From assembly GCA_050259635.1 (NCBI GenBank), contig JBLNBA010000002.1, positions 154,906 to 218,905 of the forward strand: 64,000 nt of DNA, in the 5' to 3' direction. The position numbers and the translations under genes are program-made. Positions 1-8,869 of this stretch are shown piece after piece; the first letter of the stretch is position 1; each line of letters opens with the position of its first letter. The DNA is from Bacillota bacterium (GTDB lineage Bacteria > Patescibacteriota > Patescibacteriia > Patescibacteriales > UBA12465). The notes under the pieces are model-generated. The model was not told the origin of the DNA. It ran no database searches and worked only from the letters and a program-made list of their open reading frames with translations.

Positions 1-30
1 GCAGACCGCGTTTAAAACCATTATTTGATA

Positions 31-56
31 AAAAGGGCTAATATAAGCCCTTTTTG
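31..56 (+). terminator. rho-independent terminator hairpin (aaaGGGCT-loop-AGCCCttttt) ending an upstream gene outside the window
   Basis: GC stem with T-run directly visible at 31-56. Confidence 0.6.
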
Positions 57-67
57 TTGTATTAGTA

Positions 68-95
68 TTGACAAATGTGATAATTGTGTTATTAT
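68..95 (+). promoter_or_regulatory. sigma-70-type promoter: TTGACA (68-73), 16-bp spacer, extended -10 TGtTATTAT (87-95)
   Basis: consensus -35 and extended -10 about 80 nt upstream of the 176 ATG. Confidence 0.5.
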
Positions 96-115
96 TCAAT
101 ATTCCTTAACAAACA

Positions 116-167
116 GGTTTAATTGGTTTTCCCAGACTATGCGTTAGCCTGAGAAAACCAATTAAAC
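116..167. promoter_or_regulatory. perfect 16-bp inverted repeat (GGTTTAATTGGTTTTC / GAAAACCAATTAAACC, about 20-bp spacer) between promoter and start codon; candidate operator or 5'UTR hairpin
   Basis: exact reverse complements at 116-131 and 152-167. Confidence 0.55.
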
Positions 168-175
168 CTTATAAC

Positions 176-1204
176 ATGAACGACAATAGAGTATTTGTAG
201 GAATGAAATGCTTATTAATGCAGCTTCTAACTGCTGGTTTTCCCTTAGCTATTATACTTTCATATCTCGGAATCAGCTCTTCGACTCTTAATACCTATAT
301 TAAGAAATTAAGAGCCTCTGGAGAGTGGGAGGGACAGGTCATCTCATTTCTGCGCAGCATTCCGGCTGTCGTAAGAACTTACGAGCAGCTACGGAGAAAC
401 AAAATCTCCCTCGAAGGCATTGACGCTGTTAAGCTGAGAACCTCCATAGAAACTGCCCTACAGTTTCCTAGGATTATTGGAATCCTAGATATCTCTTTCA
501 GGGGCCTCTTGAATTTGACTACCGTTGCCTGTTCCAAGGATGTTCCCAAAGAGTATCATGATTTCCTTAACCAGGTATTCTTGCGAGAAGGGTTATGGAT
601 GAACAGATACAGCCCTCGGGATATCAAGATAAAGCTAATTGCTCATCTTTCTTCGAAAGAAGAAATTAAGCCTGGTGCTACTAATGACACCTGGTTTATT
701 CCAACCGTTGATGATATCATCACTGAACGTATCGCAGACATGCGGGAGCTTGTTGGTCCATACTTTGATGCTAAAGTCTTAGAACACGTTGATTACCTTC
801 TGTCTCAACTGACAACAAGGGAAGCCGAGGTGCTTAAATATTATTTCGGCATCTGTGGCTGTCCTAAAACTTCTCTCGAACAGATAGCCCCGAAGTTCGA
901 TCTTACTGACGAGCGAACACGGCAGATCAAAGAGAAGGCTCTTAGAAGGAGTAGGGCTCGCAAAGATATCCTTTTACACCCCTTGCCCCAGCCGGCCCCG
1001 GCGATAGAATTGCCGCATTCAACTCCGTTAGAATCCTTAGGATTAACTGTCAGAGTAATGAATGCTCTTGCTCAATTGGAAGTTAAGACTGTCGAGGAGC
1101 TTATCGTCCATCGTGATTCACTTCTCGCCTATAGAAATATGGGCATGAAAAGTAAGCAGGAAATTGATGAGGCTCTCAACAAGTTTCTGCATCCACAGAC
1201 ATAG
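176..1204 (+). CDS. predicted transcription regulator: N-terminal HTH-like segment, sigma-70 region-4-like HTH in the middle, RNAP alpha-subunit C-terminal-domain-like (HhH) module at the C-terminus
   Basis: segment LTTREAEVLKYYFG...SLEQIAPKFDLTDERTRQIKEKALRR aligns to the sigma r4 consensus; segment LESLGLTVRVMNALAQLEVKTVEELI...NMGMKSKQEIDEALNKF aligns to alpha-CTD. Confidence 0.5.
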   Translation: MNDNRVFVGMKCLLMQLLTAGFPLAIILSYLGISSSTLNTYIKKLRASGEWEGQVISFLRSIPAVVRTYEQLRRNKISLEGIDAVKLRTSIETALQFPRIIGILDISFRGLLNLTTVACSKDVPKEYHDFLNQVFLREGLWMNRYSPRDIKIKLIAHLSSKEEIKPGATNDTWFIPTVDDIITERIADMRELVGPYFDAKVLEHVDYLLSQLTTREAEVLKYYFGICGCPKTSLEQIAPKFDLTDERTRQIKEKALRRSRARKDILLHPLPQPAPAIELPHSTPLESLGLTVRVMNALAQLEVKTVEELIVHRDSLLAYRNMGMKSKQEIDEALNKFLHPQT

Positions 1205-1224
1205 AAGACATTGGTCTTCATAAA

Positions 1225-1251
1225 AGCCATCTTTCAAAGATGGCCTTTTTT
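1225..1251. terminator. bidirectional terminator hairpin (GCCATCTTT c AAAGATGGC + T-run)
   Basis: perfect 9-bp stem with T7 run; sits between convergent genes. Confidence 0.65.
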
Positions 1252-1269
1252 TGTCTGTCAGATAATTTA

Positions 1270-3153
1270 TTACCTCTCGTATTTGAAGAAGTGCAAATCT
1301 CCCTGTCCTATCCGTTGCCAGGAATCGGCGCTGAGCTTGGCTTCGGCGATTATCTTATCACTTGCCCACCAGTATCTGTTGACCACCAAGAAGGCTTGGT
1401 CCACGCCGGCGGCATCCATGGCCTGGACCATAGTTTCTTTTTCGGCTTTCTCATAAACCATCTTCAGATAATACTGGTAAAGCTCGCCGCCGGTAGGAAT
1501 GGGATAGAAATACATTTGCCCTTCTTTGAGATAACGGTTGTGGAATCCCAGTTCTTTTAGGGCGGCAGCACTCACTTGTTGGTTGGCTAAGACGATATAG
1601 GGTTTACCGGCGGCGTTTCTTTCAATATCTAACACCGCCTCGATGTCGGAAGCGGAGGTCGAGTATCCTCTTGAATTATGGTAGTTATCGAACCGGGGGT
1701 AGGAGGCATAAACGGCTAGGACCAATAAGGAAGAAATACCAATTGCAGCAATTAAGCGTACCGGTTTGCTTTGTCTTCCCACTCTTTTGCTCGCTTCTCT
1801 AAGAAGTTCCCAGAAGAGAGGCAGGGAAATAGCTAGGGCAATAATAGGAAGGCGCGCGGCATAATCGCCCTGTTCATAAGCAATCAAGCCTTCGATCCGG
1901 AATCCGCGGCTGATCAAATAAGCACAGAGGGCAGCCAGGGAAATTACCGCCAGGGTAGCTGCGCGTTCTTTGAGGCGGCTTTCTTTTTCCGGCCAGAGAT
2001 TATGGCGGCAAAAAAAGATGCCGAGCGCAGCCAGCAAGATAATCCAGAAATGGTTCGTTATGAACAAATATGCCAGATCAAGAAGATATGTTTCCTGGTT
2101 AGGCAGGGAGGGCATGAGAAGATTGAGATCAAAACTTTGGAAATGCAGGGTGCCAAATCCGGAGATCAGCCAAATCAGGAAAGAGAAAGCAAGGAAGCTG
2201 GCTATGAAGAGGATCGCCGGTTTGAATAAGATTTTTGGCAGCTTCTTTTTTTTCCCGAGGATTGCCAGACAAAGAATTACGGCCGGGACTCCCGCCAGAG
2301 GATGGATGGCGAAAGCGGCAGCGGCTGTTACCAGAGGAAGGACGGCAGGAGCGCCCGCATAAAGGAAAATAGAGACGGCTATCAGGAGCAGGTAGGAAAA
2401 ATTCTGGGGGGTCGTCATGATGAAGGGTGAGAAACTCAAAAAGAAGAGAAGGAGAGCCCCTAACCACCCGGCGGAGCTATGCCCGCGGCTGCGGTTGAGA
2501 TATGAAAAAAGGAAGGGGAGCGAAAAAGCGCTTAAAATGGGAAGGAGCCAGCGATTAAGCGTGCCTAAGGGCAGGCCAAGCCTAACCAGGGCAGTAATGA
2601 GAGCGTATTGCCCTAGATAATAGGGAGTCTTAGGTTGGATCACGCCATATCTGACGATTTCTTCCATAGCGGCCTGATGGATGAAAGGATCGTAGCCGTA
2701 ACCGATGGAAAATATAATGGCAGCTAGCGAGAAGGAACTGATTAGAAAGGGGATCATGGCTGCAGCTTTATAAGGAAAAGAAGCCTTAGAGCTTAGGGCA
2801 AAAACCAGAGATAAAGCGGAAGCGCCGAGGGAGGCTAAAAGCCAGGGGTTGGCAACGGTCCAAGGAGAGATGATCGCTTGGGAGGTAGCTGAGTTTGAGG
2901 CGATTATCAAGGATATAGCTGCGAAGGCGATTGTGCTAACCGACCAAATCCAATAGGGGCGTTCCGGACGGGGATATTTTTCCGTCTCGGTCTTCAAATG
3001 AGCTTTCAGGCCTAAAAAGAGGACGATGGTAATTGCCAGACTGGCTAAAAGGCCGACGGCATTCAGGGAATATACGAAATATACCAAGGCGCCTGCAAAA
3101 AGGAAGACCATGAGGAAGAGCCAAATTAAAGATGGAAGTCTGTTATGGCGCAT
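1270..3153 (-). CDS. polytopic membrane protein (about 12 TM helices plus C-terminal soluble domain), possible GT-C-type membrane glycosyltransferase
   Basis: long hydrophobic N-terminal two-thirds, soluble C-terminal third; family not resolved. Confidence 0.4.
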   Translation of the reverse strand: MRHNRLPSLIWLFLMVFLFAGALVYFVYSLNAVGLLASLAITIVLFLGLKAHLKTETEKYPRPERPYWIWSVSTIAFAAISLIIASNSATSQAIISPWTVANPWLLASLGASALSLVFALSSKASFPYKAAAMIPFLISSFSLAAIIFSIGYGYDPFIHQAAMEEIVRYGVIQPKTPYYLGQYALITALVRLGLPLGTLNRWLLPILSAFSLPFLFSYLNRSRGHSSAGWLGALLLFFLSFSPFIMTTPQNFSYLLLIAVSIFLYAGAPAVLPLVTAAAAFAIHPLAGVPAVILCLAILGKKKKLPKILFKPAILFIASFLAFSFLIWLISGFGTLHFQSFDLNLLMPSLPNQETYLLDLAYLFITNHFWIILLAALGIFFCRHNLWPEKESRLKERAATLAVISLAALCAYLISRGFRIEGLIAYEQGDYAARLPIIALAISLPLFWELLREASKRVGRQSKPVRLIAAIGISSLLVLAVYASYPRFDNYHNSRGYSTSASDIEAVLDIERNAAGKPYIVLANQQVSAAALKELGFHNRYLKEGQMYFYPIPTGGELYQYYLKMVYEKAEKETMVQAMDAAGVDQAFLVVNRYWWASDKIIAEAKLSADSWQRIGQGDLHFFKYER

Positions 3154-3204
3154 ATATCCTTATAATAGCAAATTCTTGCTTAATCGGACAATTTTGGTTA
3201 CTAT

Positions 3205-5028
3205 ATGGATAAGAGCATTATTGCGCTTATATTTATGAAATTTTCCTATCTTTGGCAAAAAAGGCACTATTTTTTTCTAATCCTTCTGGCTTTGGGCTTT
3301 TTTTTGGCAACTTCACTATATAACCTTGCCACTCAAGAATCCGGTTATGTAAAGTTCCTTTCTCCTGATGAGACGGCGAACTACTTTTTTGCCCGCCAAT
3401 ATGCAGAAACGGGGAAGATATCGACTTTTGAACCAGCCAACCTCATTGCCGAAGAGGTAGTGCATCCGCGGAGCATCCGCAGTGATCACGGGATATTGAA
3501 GCCCGTTAGCTTCCTGGGTATTATCCTGGTATACGGGAAGATCGGCGCTTTAGCGGGGACGACTGTAATCCCATATATCACTCCATTATTAGCGGCGATC
3601 GGATTATTGTTTTTTTATGGTTTCGTGCGGCGCCTTTTCGGCCGGAAAACGGCGCTTTATTCCGCCGCGCTTCTAGCTTGTTTCCCTGTATACTTTTTCT
3701 ATACGACGAGGAGCATGTTCCATAATATCCTTTTTATTTTCTTCCTATTAGGCGCCTCCTATTTCTTCCTTCGAGCCATACCGCTAAAGTCCGAAGAAAA
3801 GCGCCCTTTCATTTCCTTCAAGATAACGGGGAAGCAGGCGGTCACTTGGTTTTTTTCAGTGGCGGCCGGATTGTTTGTCGGCGGAGCAATCGGGGCGCGC
3901 GCGTCCGAATTACTTTGGCTGGCTCCGACTCTGTTTATCGCTTGGGTTTCTTTCGCTAAGCGGATCGGGATAACGCGTCTGGTGTTGATGGTGGCGGGGA
4001 TGATTATCGCTTTGCTCCCGGTCTTCTATTGGAACCAGATATTATACTCCTCTCCTTTCTACGGCGGTTATGGAGAAATGAACCGATCCATTAGCGAACT
4101 TTCCCAAGCAGGCGGAAGCCTGATCCAGTCTACCGTCCATGGTAATTTTTCCCAATACCGGGCGGTCGGGCAGGCCTTAATCGATAACATCTTTTATTTT
4201 GGCTATCAGCCTTACCAATCTTTACGGATGTTTTATTACTATGTCGTCGCTATGTTCCCTCTTTTTTGCGGCCTGGTATTCATTGGCGGGGTGATCTTCC
4301 TTATCCGCTTAAGACGCCGGTCTCTCCGGCCGGCTTTGGTGTATCTGTCTTGTTGGCTCACTTTATCCCTTATCCTCGTCTTTTATTACGGTAGCTGGAA
4401 GTTCAATGATAATCCTGATCCGAGCCGGTTTACTATCGGTAATTCGTATACGAGATATTGGCTGCCGATGTATATTATGGCCATCCCTTTTGCTGCTTTG
4501 GCCTTGGAAAGCGTGGGGCGCTGGCTTGGGACTCTCATTCCTAAGGAGCCGGCTTTGCTATGGAAAGAACGATCCAGGAAAATGATCATGGTTTCTGTTT
4601 CGGCTATGGCTACCGCTTCCGTCTGCTTCCTTTTCTTGATGTATACTGTTTTCGGTTCGGAGGAAGGCTTGGCTAATCTTTATTACAATCATTTTATAGA
4701 CAAGGAGAATGCCGAGGCTATCCTTTCTCGTACTCCTGACAATGCGATTATCATGACACAGTATCATGACAAGCAATTATTCCCTGAAAGGAAGGTTATC
4801 AATGCGCTTTTAACTAACGAACAAATTAATATCAGCGTTGGGCGGATACTGGAACATTATCCGATCTATTATTTTAATTTCGCCTTCCCCGAAAAGGATT
4901 ATCTTTACCTTAAAGAACGGCGTTTGCCGACCTATGGATTCACCTTTGAACTCTTGGAACGCCGTGGCCGTTTTGGGTTGTATGAATTAAAGCCAGCGGA
5001 AGCCGGACAAGTTTCTTATGAAAGATAG
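3205..5028 (+). CDS. ArnT/PMT-like (GT39/GT83-type) membrane glycosyltransferase
   Basis: multi-TM protein with DE motif in the first extracytoplasmic loop (SPDETANYFFARQYAETGK); start may be the internal Met at about 3235. Confidence 0.45.
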   Translation: MDKSIIALIFMKFSYLWQKRHYFFLILLALGFFLATSLYNLATQESGYVKFLSPDETANYFFARQYAETGKISTFEPANLIAEEVVHPRSIRSDHGILKPVSFLGIILVYGKIGALAGTTVIPYITPLLAAIGLLFFYGFVRRLFGRKTALYSAALLACFPVYFFYTTRSMFHNILFIFFLLGASYFFLRAIPLKSEEKRPFISFKITGKQAVTWFFSVAAGLFVGGAIGARASELLWLAPTLFIAWVSFAKRIGITRLVLMVAGMIIALLPVFYWNQILYSSPFYGGYGEMNRSISELSQAGGSLIQSTVHGNFSQYRAVGQALIDNIFYFGYQPYQSLRMFYYYVVAMFPLFCGLVFIGGVIFLIRLRRRSLRPALVYLSCWLTLSLILVFYYGSWKFNDNPDPSRFTIGNSYTRYWLPMYIMAIPFAALALESVGRWLGTLIPKEPALLWKERSRKMIMVSVSAMATASVCFLFLMYTVFGSEEGLANLYYNHFIDKENAEAILSRTPDNAIIMTQYHDKQLFPERKVINALLTNEQINISVGRILEHYPIYYFNFAFPEKDYLYLKERRLPTYGFTFELLERRGRFGLYELKPAEAGQVSYER

Positions 5029-6322
5029 CTATCACATCATAACGATCGGCTGCCAGATGAATAAGGCGGACAGCGAGCGCATAGCCGCTTTTTTGTCGTC
5101 CGCGGGTTACAAAGAACAGAAGGGTTGGATCGGCGCTAAATTGGTAGTCCTTACTACCTGCGGCATCAGGCAATCCGCGGAGGACCGGGTCTATGGCTTG
5201 GTTAACCATATCAGGCAAAATAATCCTAGCGCAAAAATAGTCATTACCGGCTGCTTAGCCAAGCGCCAGGACGTCATGCGCCGCCTCAAAGGCAAGGTTG
5301 ATCTATTTTTGCCCATTAATGAGCTGCCTCTTCTGTTAGAAAAATTAGCGGGGAAAGAAGATGTCCAGGGCTTGGAAAAGGCCAGGGAAATGGCCGGTGA
5401 AAAGTATCTTCTCATTGAACCTGAATATGAGAGTGCATTCAGTGCCTATCTTCCTATCGGGAATGGCTGCAATAATTTCTGTTCATATTGCGTTGTGCCT
5501 TATGCGCGAGGGCGGGAAGTGTATCGCCCCGCTACCCATATATTGGCGGAGGCAAAATCATTGGTGGAGAGAGGCTATAGGGAAATTATCCTCATTGCTC
5601 AGAATGTTAATAGCTATAAGAGCGGCTGTACGGATTTTCCCTTGCTCCTGCAGAAGCTAGTGAAAATAAAAGGAGATTTTTGGATCCGTTTTTCTTCGAG
5701 CCACCCAAAGGACCTTTCACCTGAGCTGATTAAAACTCTGGGGACCTCGGATAAGATCTGCCATCATCTCCATGTGGCCGTGCAGTCCGGAGATGACGCC
5801 GTCCTTAAAGCTATGAATCGGCAGTACACAGCCGCCCGCTTTAAGGAGCTAATCGCGGCCATCAGGAAGGCTAAACCGGGGATAGCCGTGACCACGGATG
5901 CAATCGTCGGTTTTCCCGGGGAGACTTTGGCTCAGTTCAAGAATACCGCCAGGCTTTTCAGGGAGATGGATTTCGATATGGCGTATACCGCACAGTTCAG
6001 TCCTCGCCCGGGGACGGCTGCTTGGAAGATGAAAGATAACGTCAGTCGCGATGAGAAGAAAAGACGCGAGAGAGTCCTTAATGCCATCCTTGCCAAGAGC
6101 GGGAAGAAGATAAACAAAACATATCTGGGCAAGAAAATTCGTGTCCTGACGGAAGGGAAGAATTCTAAGGGAAAATATTACGGCAAGAGTTCCACTTTCA
6201 AGACGGTTGTTTTCAAGGCGGAAGGCATTAGGCCCGAAGAAATTATCGGCTCTTTCGTTAAAGTGGGTATAGGCAAGATAAATGATTTCGGTTTAGAAGG
6301 AAAATATGAAGGCAAGGACTGA
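5018..6322 (+). CDS. miaB: tRNA-i6A37 methylthiotransferase MiaB (radical SAM, TRAM domain)
   Basis: MiaB-type N-terminus; radical-SAM CNNFCSYCVVP motif; followed directly by miaA. Confidence 0.8.
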   Translation: MKDSYHIITIGCQMNKADSERIAAFLSSAGYKEQKGWIGAKLVVLTTCGIRQSAEDRVYGLVNHIRQNNPSAKIVITGCLAKRQDVMRRLKGKVDLFLPINELPLLLEKLAGKEDVQGLEKAREMAGEKYLLIEPEYESAFSAYLPIGNGCNNFCSYCVVPYARGREVYRPATHILAEAKSLVERGYREIILIAQNVNSYKSGCTDFPLLLQKLVKIKGDFWIRFSSSHPKDLSPELIKTLGTSDKICHHLHVAVQSGDDAVLKAMNRQYTAARFKELIAAIRKAKPGIAVTTDAIVGFPGETLAQFKNTARLFREMDFDMAYTAQFSPRPGTAAWKMKDNVSRDEKKRRERVLNAILAKSGKKINKTYLGKKIRVLTEGKNSKGKYYGKSSTFKTVVFKAEGIRPEEIIGSFVKVGIGKINDFGLEGKYEGKD

Positions 6323-7244
6323 CAAGATTAAAGCAGTCGTAATTCTCGGCCCGACTGCCTCCGGAAAGACTGCTTTAGCGGTCCGTTTGGCGCGGGCTTA
6401 TAATGGCGAAGTGGTTTCGGCTGATAGCCGGCAGGTATATCGTGGCATGGATATTGGCACGGGAAAAGATTTGGATGAATACGCAAAAAGCGGTGAACCG
6501 GTGGGACACCATCTTATCGATGTCGTGGGCCCGATGGAAGAATTTAATCTGGCAAAATATCAAAAGCTGGCGTGGGAAGCGATCCAAGATATACATCGAC
6601 GGGGTAAATTACCGATTATTGCCGGCGGGGCGGGCCTGTATCTGCAGGCCATAGTGGATGGGTATGAACTTAGCGAGGGAGGACCGGATAAGGGAAAAAG
6701 AGCGGAGTTGGAGTCTTTAGGGAAGGATGAACTGTTTTCCAGGCTCCATGGCCTAAAACCGGAGTTTGCAGATAAACTCAATAATAGCGACCGTAATAAC
6801 CCTAGGCGATTAGTGAGGTACCTTGAGATCTTTTCTACGGATGCTAAGCCCGCTGGCAAGAAAACACCCGACGCGGACTTTTTACTGATTGGCCTTGACG
6901 TGGATGATGGAGAAATGAGGGAAAGGATACGTTCGAGGATACTCCGCCGCCTAGAAGAGGAGGACATGGCAGGGGAAGTAGACCGGTTGCATGATGCCGG
7001 GGTGGATTGGAAAAGACTGGCTTCGTTTGGGTTGGAATATCGCTTCATCTCATATTATCTGACCGGAAAGCTAGAATACGATGAGATGGTCGAGAAGCTC
7101 TCGGATGCCTCATACCGTTTCGGCAAGCGCCAGAAAACTTGGTTCCGTCGCTGGGAGAAGCAGGGAAGAAAGATATGGTGGGCAAAGAGCCAGGACGAGG
7201 CGGAGAGAATGACAAGGGAATGGTTAATGAATAGGACATCTTAA
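6306..7244 (+). CDS. miaA: tRNA dimethylallyltransferase MiaA
   Basis: P-loop GPTASGKT, DSRQVYRGMDIGTGK motif. Confidence 0.85.
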   Translation: MKARTDKIKAVVILGPTASGKTALAVRLARAYNGEVVSADSRQVYRGMDIGTGKDLDEYAKSGEPVGHHLIDVVGPMEEFNLAKYQKLAWEAIQDIHRRGKLPIIAGGAGLYLQAIVDGYELSEGGPDKGKRAELESLGKDELFSRLHGLKPEFADKLNNSDRNNPRRLVRYLEIFSTDAKPAGKKTPDADFLLIGLDVDDGEMRERIRSRILRRLEEEDMAGEVDRLHDAGVDWKRLASFGLEYRFISYYLTGKLEYDEMVEKLSDASYRFGKRQKTWFRRWEKQGRKIWWAKSQDEAERMTREWLMNRTS

Positions 7245-7274
7245 TATTTATTGCCCTAGATGGATGTCAATATA

Positions 7275-7305
7275 AAAAGCACCTTTTTTGTAAGGTGCTT
7301 TTTTA
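7275..7305. terminator. bidirectional terminator between miaA and gatB
   Basis: AGCACC-loop-GGTGCT stem flanked by A-run and T-run. Confidence 0.65.
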
Positions 7306-7322
7306 CGGAAAACAAATAATAT

Positions 7323-8831
7323 TTACTTCATCAGCAATTTTTCCAACAGGTCTCTTACCTTTTCCGGATTAGCTTTTCCTTTGGTTTCCGCCATAGCTTT
7401 ACCGACGAAGAATTGGATTAAAGGAGTTTTGCCATCGCGGTATTCTTGTGCTTGCCTGGGGTTCGCTCCGATAACGGCGCGGATCGCCTTCTCTAGTTCT
7501 TCCTCGTTATCCATCTGTTCCAGGCCTAATTTAGCCATGATATCCGTGGGGTCACCGCCTTCCGAATACATGATTTCCATGATACGCTGACCCGCGCTGG
7601 AGTTTACCTTGTTCTGCCAGATCAGAGCCATGAGTTCCGCAAAGTTCTCGGCGGTCATCTTGAGATCCTCCACTTTCTTCTTGTCGGCATTGAGATTTTT
7701 CAGGAGTTCGCCGCTTATCCAATTGGCGGCCATCTGCGAGGCGTTTTTGTCCTGTCGCTCAAAGTCATCGCCGTTCGCCTCGATCCAAGCGCCCATTTCG
7801 GATACGACGTTCTCAAAGAAACCGGCAAGATCCTTGTCGTTGGCAATCACTTCCGCAGTGTCTTCCCGCAGGGCGTACTGGCGGACGAAACGTTTTGTCT
7901 TGGCGGTTGGTAATTCCACTAACATAGTTTTTATTTGGTTAATCCATTCATCGTTTATTTGGATCGGAGGGATGTCCGGTTCGGGGAAATAGCGGTAGTC
8001 TGCGGCTGTCTCTTTGCGGCGCTGGGCGATAGTGATGTTTTTCTTGTCATCCCAACCCCTGGTTTCCGGGATGATTTCTTCTCCCTTTTCCAGAGCCTCG
8101 GTTTGACGGTTAATTTCGTGGTTGATGGCTTTTTCCACTGCTCGGAAAGAGTTGAGGTTCTTCACTTCCACCTTAGCGTTGAGCTTCATCCCTTTTTCCG
8201 GGTAGACCAGTCCGCCCGATATCTTATAGGCACCCTCTTCTTGAACGCTAATGTTGGCTTCACAGCGCATTTCTCCCTTTTCCATATCGGCGCCGCTAAC
8301 GCCTAGGAAGCGCAGGACGCGCTGATAGGATTGGCAAAAGCGCTTGGCTTCCTCGGCGCTGGTAATGACCGGGTCCGTCACTAGCTCTACGAGCGGAGTC
8401 CCGGCACGGTTGAAGTCTATGAGGGTATCGTTACTGCCAGCCCGATGGAAGGATTTTCCCGTGTCTTCTTCCAGATGTATGCGGGTAATGTCTATTTCCC
8501 GGCCGCCAATATCCAACTTCCCGCCTCGGCAGAAAGGCTGGTCGTATTGAGAAATCTGATACCCTTTTGGAAGATCGGGATAGAAGTAGTTCTTCCGGTC
8601 GAATTTTGAATCACGGGCGATATCGCTACCTAAGGCCAGGCCGATGAGAATGGTCCAGTCTATCGCTTTCTTATTTGGTACGGGAAGGGTGCCGGGATGG
8701 CCTAAGCAGATGGGGCATACCAAGGTGTTGGGCGCTTTGCCCTCGCTGTTATTTCCGCAGGAGCAGAACATTTTGCTTTCGGTCTTCAGTTCAGCATGGA
8801 TTTCGAGTCCGATAATGGCTTTATACTTCAT
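7323..8831 (-). CDS. gatB: Asp-tRNA(Asn)/Glu-tRNA(Gln) amidotransferase subunit B
   Basis: N-terminus MKYKAIIGLEIHAELKTESKMFCSC typical of GatB; about 500 aa. Confidence 0.85.
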   Translation of the reverse strand: MKYKAIIGLEIHAELKTESKMFCSCGNNSEGKAPNTLVCPICLGHPGTLPVPNKKAIDWTILIGLALGSDIARDSKFDRKNYFYPDLPKGYQISQYDQPFCRGGKLDIGGREIDITRIHLEEDTGKSFHRAGSNDTLIDFNRAGTPLVELVTDPVITSAEEAKRFCQSYQRVLRFLGVSGADMEKGEMRCEANISVQEEGAYKISGGLVYPEKGMKLNAKVEVKNLNSFRAVEKAINHEINRQTEALEKGEEIIPETRGWDDKKNITIAQRRKETAADYRYFPEPDIPPIQINDEWINQIKTMLVELPTAKTKRFVRQYALREDTAEVIANDKDLAGFFENVVSEMGAWIEANGDDFERQDKNASQMAANWISGELLKNLNADKKKVEDLKMTAENFAELMALIWQNKVNSSAGQRIMEIMYSEGGDPTDIMAKLGLEQMDNEEELEKAIRAVIGANPRQAQEYRDGKTPLIQFFVGKAMAETKGKANPEKVRDLLEKLLMK

Positions 8832-8869
8832 ATGCTTATATTTTAACGGAAAGTACGCCCTAAGGAAAG

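Noticed and set aside
1211-1560. Two plus-strand ORFs (81 and 106 aa) overlapping the 3' end of the 627-aa membrane-protein gene
   Set aside because: Antisense to a long hydrophobic ORF and crossing the 1225-1251 terminator.
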